DNA of 64,000 bases, from contig PLNW01000086.1 in assembly GCA_003142855.1 (NCBI GenBank), positions 5,273 through 69,272 on the forward strand. The letters run 5' to 3'. A program made the position numbers and the translations under genes. Below, piece after piece: positions 1-6,368 of this stretch (positions are counted from its first letter, which is position 1; every line of letters begins with the position of its first letter). The stretch is from Myxococcales bacterium (lineage in GTDB: Bacteria; Myxococcota_A; Polyangia; Fen-1088). The notes under the pieces are model-generated. The model worked only from the letters and a program-made list of their open reading frames with translations, searched no databases and was not told the DNA's origin.

Positions 1-2
1 TG

Positions 3-632
3 GGCGTCGAGCGGGAAGCCACGCCCGCCGAGATCGCGGACGCCTACGATGCCCTGGCGCGAGACTTCCATCCCGATCTCTTCCGCCTGCGCGGCGAGGA
101 CGTGCGCGACGTGGCCCAACAGATTTTCGAGCGTCTGGAACAGGCCTTCCAGGTCCTGCGCGACAGTGGTTCGCGGCGCGACTACCTGATTGAATTGGAG
201 AGCACTCCGTTGCCAGCGGGATCCGATGCGCAGGCGGCCCGCGCCTCGGAATCCGCGGCCACCGCAGCTGAGCGCGTGTACTTCACAGGTGTGTCGCACC
301 TACGCGGTCGGCGCTACCCGCAGGCGGCCGAGGCCTTTCGCCAGGCCACCACGTTGGCGCCCATGCAGGCGAGCTATCGCAGCGCCTTGGGGTGGGCGCT
401 CTATCGCCAGGCGCCCGCTGACACGCGCGCCATGGCCGCGGGTCTGGCCGAGCTGCGCCGGGCGGTGGAGACCGAGCCCGGCAATCCCTGGGTGCGCATC
501 TCGCTCGGTCGCTTCTACGCCGAAACCGGGCTGCCCGATGATGCCATCCGCGAATTCGAGGCAGCCTTGGGCATGAGTCCTGGTCTGGCTGACATCGAAG
601 AAGAAATCCGGCGCCTGAGAGGAGTCACATGA
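3..632 (+). CDS. J-domain (DnaJ-like) protein with C-terminal TPR repeats; 5' end lies outside the window
   Basis: Frame 3 is open from nt 3. Translation GVEREATPAEIADAYDALARDFHPDLF carries the J-domain HPD motif. TPR-like helices follow (track ORF 102..632). Confidence 0.7.
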   Translation, partial: GVEREATPAEIADAYDALARDFHPDLFRLRGEDVRDVAQQIFERLEQAFQVLRDSGSRRDYLIELESTPLPAGSDAQAARASESAATAAERVYFTGVSHLRGRRYPQAAEAFRQATTLAPMQASYRSALGWALYRQAPADTRAMAAGLAELRRAVETEPGNPWVRISLGRFYAETGLPDDAIREFEAALGMSPGLADIEEEIRRLRGVT

Positions 633-1546
633 TCAAGTCCGAGTTCGCCTGGATGAACGGGAAGTTGTTGCCTTTCGCACAGGCGACCACCCACGTGACG
701 GCCTTCACGCTCCATTACGGTGTGGCGGTTTTCGAAGGTATCCGTTGCTACAAGCGCAACGATGGCCGTAGCGCGGTCTTCCGCCTGCGCGAGCACGTGG
801 ATCGGCTGGTCACCTCGGCCAAGATTTGCGACATGGCCGTCCCCTATTCGCGTGAGCAGATCGAGGCCGCCTGCCTCGACATTCTGCGCGCCAACAAGCT
901 GGAAGAGGCCTACATCAGGCCGCTCGCCTACCTGGGCGCTGGTGCGCTGGGGCTCGGCTCGCGCGACAGCCCGGTTGAGCTGATCGTCATTGCCTTCCCC
1001 TGGGGTGCCTATCTGGGCGCCGAAGCTCTCAACAAAGGCATCCGCGCCCACCTCTCCACCTACGTGCGCGGGCACCTCAACCACACCATGAGCAAGGCCA
1101 AGATCTCCGGTCAGTACGTGAACTCGGTGCTGGCCAAGCGCGAAGTGGTGAGCCTGGGGTACGACGAAGCCATCATGCTGGACGCCGCCGGGGCGGTGGC
1201 CGAGGGCACGGGCGAAAACATCTTCATGGTCCACCGCGACCGCCTGTATACCCCGCCGCTGTCCATGCCCATCCTCGACGGCATCACACGCGACGCGGTC
1301 ATCACGCTGGCGCGCGAGAACGGGATCGAGGTGGTGGAACAGGCCTTCACGCGCGACATGCTGTACGCGGCCAGCGAGGTCTTCTTCACCGGCACCGCCT
1401 GCGAGGTCACGCCGGTGCGCGAGATCGACAAGATCTCCATCGGCGCCGGCGAGCCAGGCCCCATCACGCGCAAGCTGCAGGCGGCTTTCACGGCTGTGGT
1501 CAAGGGTGTTTCCGAGACTCATCCGGAGTGGCTGGCGTTTCTGTGA
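629..1546 (+). CDS. ilvE: Branched-chain amino acid aminotransferase (class IV)
   Basis: 305 aa; N-terminus MIKSEFAWMNGKLLPF..HVTAFTLHYGVAVFEGIRCY plus KISGQYVNSVLAKRE and EGTGENIF are typical IlvE motifs. ATGA overlap with the upstream gene. Confidence 0.93.
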   Translation: MIKSEFAWMNGKLLPFAQATTHVTAFTLHYGVAVFEGIRCYKRNDGRSAVFRLREHVDRLVTSAKICDMAVPYSREQIEAACLDILRANKLEEAYIRPLAYLGAGALGLGSRDSPVELIVIAFPWGAYLGAEALNKGIRAHLSTYVRGHLNHTMSKAKISGQYVNSVLAKREVVSLGYDEAIMLDAAGAVAEGTGENIFMVHRDRLYTPPLSMPILDGITRDAVITLARENGIEVVEQAFTRDMLYAASEVFFTGTACEVTPVREIDKISIGAGEPGPITRKLQAAFTAVVKGVSETHPEWLAFL

Positions 1547-1612
1547 TGGGGTTTGCAAGCCCCAGCGCTCGACAAGGTTGAAGGCGAGTCGCGGCCGTCG
1601 GATACTATCCCC

Positions 1613-2434
1613 GTGACTCGGTCTGTGTTTTTCGCCTTCGCCATCGCGGCCGTCGGGTGTGGCAGCATGTCCTCTTCGGGCAGCCCGCCGGGCGCGGCGC
1701 CCATGTCTGAAGTATCGGCCGCCGTGCGAGCGCTGCGCGCGCGCGTGCTGGAGGACATGGCGTTCGTGGCCGAGGGAGACACGGACCCCAAGCTCAACGA
1801 ACGGATGAAGGCCGCGGTGCAGGCCGAGCTGGGCAACGGTGGTCTCACCGTGCTGCACGGCCGGGATGGGACGTCCGACATCGACGTTCGCCTGGAGATC
1901 CGCGTGAGCGCAGGTCTCCTTTTCCTGCGCGGGCATGTGACTCTGACGGCCGAAAGCGATGGCACCGCGGTGGCCATGGCGGTGACGCGCGATGAGTTCC
2001 ACCGCGAGGGGGACTTCCCCCTCATCATGGCCGGCAAAGCGGTGCAAGCCCTGCTCCACTCACCCGCTCTGGCGGAATTCGCTGAGAAGAAGAACCCGCC
2101 TCCGGTCGCGGGCCGGCACGAGCCACGCTCAGCCTCGGGGGACACGAAGCCCAGCCCGGAGGCTGTGGCCAGCGCCAAGCAACACTTCAACCAGGGCAAC
2201 CGCCACCACGAGCTTGGCCACTATCAGGAGGCCCTGAGCGAGTTCGAAGCCGCCTACATGGCCGTTCCGGATCCGGTGTTCCTCTTCAACATCGCCCAGT
2301 GCCATCGCAAGATGGGTCATGACAAGGAGGCGATTGAGTTCTACAAGAGTTACCTGCGCAATGCCCCCAATGCGCCCAACCGGGCTGACGTGCAGAAGCG
2401 GATTCTGGAGCTAGAGGGCGGCCACCACAACTGA
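1613..2434 (+). CDS. Lipoprotein with C-terminal TPR repeats
   Basis: Internal GTG at 1613 gives (M)TRSVFFAFAIAAVGC, a signal peptide plus lipobox. The C-terminus (YQEALSEFEAAY..AIEFYKSYL) is TPR-like. The track start at 1553 is a TTG. Confidence 0.6.
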   Translation: MTRSVFFAFAIAAVGCGSMSSSGSPPGAAPMSEVSAAVRALRARVLEDMAFVAEGDTDPKLNERMKAAVQAELGNGGLTVLHGRDGTSDIDVRLEIRVSAGLLFLRGHVTLTAESDGTAVAMAVTRDEFHREGDFPLIMAGKAVQALLHSPALAEFAEKKNPPPVAGRHEPRSASGDTKPSPEAVASAKQHFNQGNRHHELGHYQEALSEFEAAYMAVPDPVFLFNIAQCHRKMGHDKEAIEFYKSYLRNAPNAPNRADVQKRILELEGGHHN

Positions 2435-2462
2435 GGCTGTCTGGCTTCAGTCGAAAGCGGCT

Positions 2463-2618
2463 CTAGTGGTGGTGGTGAATTGAACAGTCGGGGCCATGGA
2501 GGCCGGGCCCCACGTTGTCGGCCGAATCGCCTGTGTTCCCCATGTCACTCTCGTTGAATTGGTAGGTGATGCCCGCGTTGAGCGTCACCGTGGCCAGCGG
2601 CGTGACGAGGGTGCCCAT
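2463..2618 (-). CDS. Small ORF (51 aa) ending CSIHHHH, directly downstream of the MATE gene
   Basis: ATG at 2618 (internal M of track ORF 2463..2732). Strong G/C third-position bias over the first ~20 codons. No recognisable family. Confidence 0.25.
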   Translation of the reverse strand: MGTLVTPLATVTLNAGITYQFNESDMGNTGDSADNVGPGLHGPDCSIHHHH

Positions 2619-2632
2619 TCGCAGTCTGTCCG

Positions 2633-3994
2633 TCACGTGGTCGTGCGCGCGACCGAGAATGTTCCGGGTCGCAGGAGCCACGCGAGCAGTGCGATGGCCA
2701 CCACGGCCAGACCGGTGGCCAGGCCCCACCACAGGCCAGCCAGCGATTGGCCGTGGCGCAAGCCCATGAGCCAGCCCAGGGGCAGGGCCAGAAGGTAGTA
2801 GCCCACCAAGGTGGCCACGGCGGCCGGACGGGTGCGGCCCAGACCACGCAGGATTCCACTGGCCACCACCTGTGTCCCGTCGAGCATCTGGAATCCCGCG
2901 GCGATGGGCAGGATGGATGCCGCGGCCGCGGTCACCTTCGGGTCAGCGCTGTAGAGCGCGGGCAGGCGCCAGCGCAAGAAGTAGAACGTGAGAGCGAAAA
3001 GGCTCATCACGCCAGCACCCAGGGCCAGGGCCAGAAGGGCGCTACGACGGGCCCCGCGCAGGTCGCCTGCCCCCACCAGGTTGCCCACGCGCACACTGGC
3101 CGCCATGGAAATGCCGAGTGGGAACATGAAGCTGAACGAAGCCAAATTGAGCACGATGGTGTGCGCCCCAAGCGGCACGAGGCCCAGACGGCCTGCCAGC
3201 AGCGTCGTCAGCTGGAAGGCCCACACCTCAAGGCCGAACTGCAGCCCGATAGGCAGACCCAGGCGCAGGATCTGTCCCATGGGCGCGGGAGCCAGAACCT
3301 CGCGGCCCCAGGGAACCCACGCGGCCCGGTGCAGCCCCCAGGCAAAGGTCACCGCAAGCAGCAGGCCCGGCATCAACAAGCGCGCGACCGCGCCTCCGAG
3401 CCCAGCGCCCAGCACACCGAGGGCCGGCAAACCAGCGCCCCCGAACACCAGCCACCAGGTCACCACCAGGTTGATGAGGTTCACCACTGCCGTGACCCAG
3501 AAGGCCGGCGCCACCAGCCCGCGGCCGGCCAGGTATTGCCGGTTCACCGTGAAGAGCAGCAGCCCGAACGCCGTGGGCGCCTGCACCGCCACGAAGCGAG
3601 CCCCATCAGCCACCAGCTTGGGATCCTGCCCGGCCAAGCGCAGCACCGGCGCGGTGAACAACCAGGCCACACCAAGAAGAGCGCCGAGCAGCAGCGAGAG
3701 CACCAGGCCGCGCTGAAAGGTCAGCGCCACCCCCCGCGTATCACCCGCGCCGTAGCCTTGGCTGATGATGGGATCAGCACCCAGCACCACGCCCATGGCC
3801 GCCAGCCCCGTGCCGTGCGTCCAGGCGTTACCCAGCGACACCGCGGCCAGCACGCCCGTACCGGCGCGGCCAGCGATGGCTGCCTCGACCACACCCAGGG
3901 TCATCAGACCCACCTGCGCGGCGACAAACGGCGCTGCCAACCCGCCCAGAGTGCGGAGCTCGCGGGCAAGGGAAGGGGCTGCGGGCGGATTCAC
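2633..3994 (-). CDS. MATE family efflux transporter
   Basis: 12-TM-like hydrophobic pattern. N-terminus ..LARELRTLGGLAAPFVAAQ.. and overall layout are typical of MATE/NorM. Start re-called to GTG 3994 because the longer track ORF runs through a tRNA gene. Confidence 0.85.
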   Translation of the reverse strand: MNPPAAPSLARELRTLGGLAAPFVAAQVGLMTLGVVEAAIAGRAGTGVLAAVSLGNAWTHGTGLAAMGVVLGADPIISQGYGAGDTRGVALTFQRGLVLSLLLGALLGVAWLFTAPVLRLAGQDPKLVADGARFVAVQAPTAFGLLLFTVNRQYLAGRGLVAPAFWVTAVVNLINLVVTWWLVFGGAGLPALGVLGAGLGGAVARLLMPGLLLAVTFAWGLHRAAWVPWGREVLAPAPMGQILRLGLPIGLQFGLEVWAFQLTTLLAGRLGLVPLGAHTIVLNLASFSFMFPLGISMAASVRVGNLVGAGDLRGARRSALLALALGAGVMSLFALTFYFLRWRLPALYSADPKVTAAAASILPIAAGFQMLDGTQVVASGILRGLGRTRPAAVATLVGYYLLALPLGWLMGLRHGQSLAGLWWGLATGLAVVAIALLAWLLRPGTFSVARTTT

Positions 3995-3999
3995 TGCGG

Positions 4000-4084
4000 A
4001 GGAGAGAGAGGGATTCGAACCCTCGGTACCTTGCGGTACACATGATTTCCAATCATGCACCTTCGGCCACTCGGTCATCTCTCC
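4000..4084 (-). tRNA. tRNA-Ser (anticodon GGA)
   Basis: The reverse complement folds as a class II tRNA: acceptor GGAGAGA/TCTCTCC, anticodon stem CATGA/TCATG with loop TTGGAAA, long variable arm, T-arm GAGGG-TTCGAAT-CCCTC. Confidence 0.9.
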
Positions 4085-4112
4085 GGGGGAGCGACAGATA
4101 TTCGGTTTTCGG

Positions 4113-4197
4113 AGGAGAGAGTGGGAGTCGAACCCACGGTACCTTTCGGTACACCTGATTTCGAATCAGGCGCCTTCGACCACTCGGCCATCTCTCC
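4113..4197 (-). tRNA. tRNA-Ser (anticodon CGA)
   Basis: Same acceptor stem GGAGAGA/TCTCTCC, anticodon stem CCTGA/TCAGG with loop TTCGAAA, long variable arm, T-arm GTGGG-TTCGACT-CCCAC. Confidence 0.9.
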
Positions 4198-4519
4198 AGC
4201 AATGATCTTGATGAGTTAGCAGTTCTTCCTTCATTTTCAGCGACTAGCCTTGGGGCCTTGGATGCGGCATCGGGCCTTCGGGAGGCCAACATATGCCGCG
4301 ATTACTGGCCATGGGTCAAGCTGAAGTCAACCGGCCGGGCAGGGTGCACCGGGACAGGGAAAACTGCACGCCAGCCAGCCACCTCGGTTGGCCAGGCTCG
4401 TCCCGGTGGTGAGTGATCGCCGTCACGTCCATCCGTGGTTCCTGCCGGATGCGAATAGACACCTCCAGATCCTTCTGCCAGCATGGAGGTATCTCCTAGG
4501 CCGCGCAGCGAGGTGACGC

Positions 4520-4888
4520 ATGAATAGGCAGTGTCTGGCTTTGGCCCTTCTCTTGAGCGTTGGTCTTGCAGGGGCAGCCCGCGCCGACCTGGTACCCCTT
4601 CCTCCGGACGTTTCTGCGTGCCTCTCGCTCGCGGCTGGCAGCCCGTGCACCAACAACGGCCCGGGCACCTGCCAGAACGCGACCTGCACAACCAGCGCGA
4701 ATTCGTCCGGGTACGGCTGTTTGAAGTGCGTCCCGAATGGCAGCTGGAAGGACTCCGGCAGCGATCAGAGCAAGGACAGCTCGGGCTGCTCGATCGGCGG
4801 CCGCTTGGCGCGCACTATCGGCCCCTGGCTGGCCGCAGGTTTGTTCGCTGCGGCCATGATGCTCACGCGGCGCAGGCCCCGCCGCTAG
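4520..4888 (+). CDS. Small secreted Cys-rich protein with MYXO-CTERM-like sorting tail
   Basis: Signal peptide MNRQCLALALLLSVGLAGAARA and a Cys-rich core. C-terminus is GCSIGG, then hydrophobic PWLAAGLFAAAMML, then RRRPRR. Confidence 0.7.
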   Translation: MNRQCLALALLLSVGLAGAARADLVPLPPDVSACLSLAAGSPCTNNGPGTCQNATCTTSANSSGYGCLKCVPNGSWKDSGSDQSKDSSGCSIGGRLARTIGPWLAAGLFAAAMMLTRRRPRR

Positions 4889-4916
4889 CTGACTCTCTCC
4901 GCGAGAACTCGACGAG

Positions 4917-5240
4917 ATGGGTGCATGGCTACAGGCTTTTCTGTTCACCCAGATCGTCGAGGTGCCCATCTACATGCGCAGCATGCGCTGCTCGGTCTGG
5001 GCAGCGTTCGGAGCGAGCGCGATCACCCACCCCATCGTGTGGTTCGGATTCTTCCATCGCGCGGTTCCCGGCAGCTACACCACCAAGATCGTTGCAGCCG
5101 AGCTGTTCGCCTGGTTGGCTGAGGCTGCCTACTTCCGCTTTGCCTTCAAGCGCAGGCGCGCGTTGTTGTGGGCACTGTGCGCCAACGCCGCCAGCCTCGG
5201 CCTCGGGATGCTGTCGCGCCGGCTGTTCGGCGTTCCGTAG
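4917..5240 (+). CDS. Small integral membrane protein (3-4 TM), unknown function
   Basis: 107-aa ORF with hydrophobic segments and good G/C third-position bias. Sits 29 nt after the MYXO-CTERM gene. Confidence 0.45.
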   Translation: MGAWLQAFLFTQIVEVPIYMRSMRCSVWAAFGASAITHPIVWFGFFHRAVPGSYTTKIVAAELFAWLAEAAYFRFAFKRRRALLWALCANAASLGLGMLSRRLFGVP

Positions 5241-5244
5241 TCAT

Positions 5245-6363
5245 TCAATCCTGGGCCAGGCCGCGACGACTGAGCCGGCGCAGCGCCACCACAAGAGCCG
5301 CGGCCGAGAGAGCGATGAGCAGCACGAAGGTCCAACGACCAAAGAGTTGTTTCCCCGCTGGAATGAAAGTCGGGAACGCCCCGGCGATCAGCGCCAAGCA
5401 GGGCAGGCCAAACGCGGTCGCTGGCCAGCGGGGCATGAGCGCGTACACGGCAACCAAGGTGACGGCCATGGTGCTCTGAAAAAGCAGGACTCCAGGCAGC
5501 GCCAGGAACAGCGAGCCGCCAGAGAAGGCGATGAGCGGCAAGGACAGCAGGAGCGCCCCGGTGCTCACGCGCAGCCAACCAAGGCGGTCAGCCACCATGC
5601 CGCCCACGAGTTTTCCCAGGAAGCCCGCGGCTGGCAACCCGATCACCACCGCCAATCCTCCGGGACACTGGAAGCAGGCGCCGAAGCCGACAAAGGAACG
5701 GACCGCGACTGACACGAGCAGCAGCATCAAGAGGATCAGCCAGGGTAGGGGCGCGAGTCGCGTGGGGAGCCCGCCGGCTTTGCCGGCGGCGGACCATCGC
5801 GGGAGGGTATGGGAACCCTTTGAGGGTTCCCATTTCAAACCGTCCTTGTCCAGGGTGATGAGCGCGATGACCGCAAAGGCCAGGGCGACATAGATGGGAA
5901 AGGTCGAGCCCCGGCCCGTGCGCCCCATCCACAGGCCAAGGCCCAGGCCGAGCGCTCCCGGCGCCACGAACACCCCGGCCGGCGCGGCCCGCCCGCCTGA
6001 GGAACGCAAGACCAAGCCGCCCGCGCCCAGGTGAAACAGGGCATTGCCCACACCTGCCGCGATCATGGTCGCCAGCGAGGGAATTGGCCCTGGGGCCAAG
6101 ACCAGGGCAGCGATGGCTGCGCCAACGATCATGGATAGTCGCGCCAGGCGCAGCCGATCCACCAGCAGACCCAGCGGAAACTGCAGACCAAAGGCGAGCC
6201 AATCGTAGCCGGCCACGGTCCAGAAGGCGCCCAGGTCTCCCACGGTCGAGCCATGCGAGGCGCGCACCACAGCAGCCACACAAGCGGCGTCCACCAGGGC
6301 ATGGATGACGCCGTAAATGGCAGGACGAAAACGCGATTGTGCGGACAGCGGCTGGAGCTTCAT
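5245..6363 (-). CDS. Polytopic membrane protein, MFS-like
   Basis: Start re-called to ATG 6363 (MKLQPLSAQ..). About 10-12 hydrophobic helices and an LVDRLRLARL loop resembling the MFS D-R-x-G-R motif. Begins 6 nt after the radical SAM stop. Confidence 0.6.
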   Translation of the reverse strand: MKLQPLSAQSRFRPAIYGVIHALVDAACVAAVVRASHGSTVGDLGAFWTVAGYDWLAFGLQFPLGLLVDRLRLARLSMIVGAAIAALVLAPGPIPSLATMIAAGVGNALFHLGAGGLVLRSSGGRAAPAGVFVAPGALGLGLGLWMGRTGRGSTFPIYVALAFAVIALITLDKDGLKWEPSKGSHTLPRWSAAGKAGGLPTRLAPLPWLILLMLLLVSVAVRSFVGFGACFQCPGGLAVVIGLPAAGFLGKLVGGMVADRLGWLRVSTGALLLSLPLIAFSGGSLFLALPGVLLFQSTMAVTLVAVYALMPRWPATAFGLPCLALIAGAFPTFIPAGKQLFGRWTFVLLIALSAAALVVALRRLSRRGLAQD

Positions 6364-6368
6364 CAGCG

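Noticed and set aside
515-2199. Long minus-strand ORFs (515..2059 and 1519..2199).
   Set aside because: They are antisense to ilvE and the TPR lipoprotein gene, both of which have clear family motifs. Their composition is Arg/Gly/His-rich and low-complexity.
3995-4078. N-terminal extension of the MATE ORF ([27 protein letters not shown]).
   Set aside because: These codons are the tRNA-Ser(GGA) gene read as protein. The start was moved to GTG 3994.
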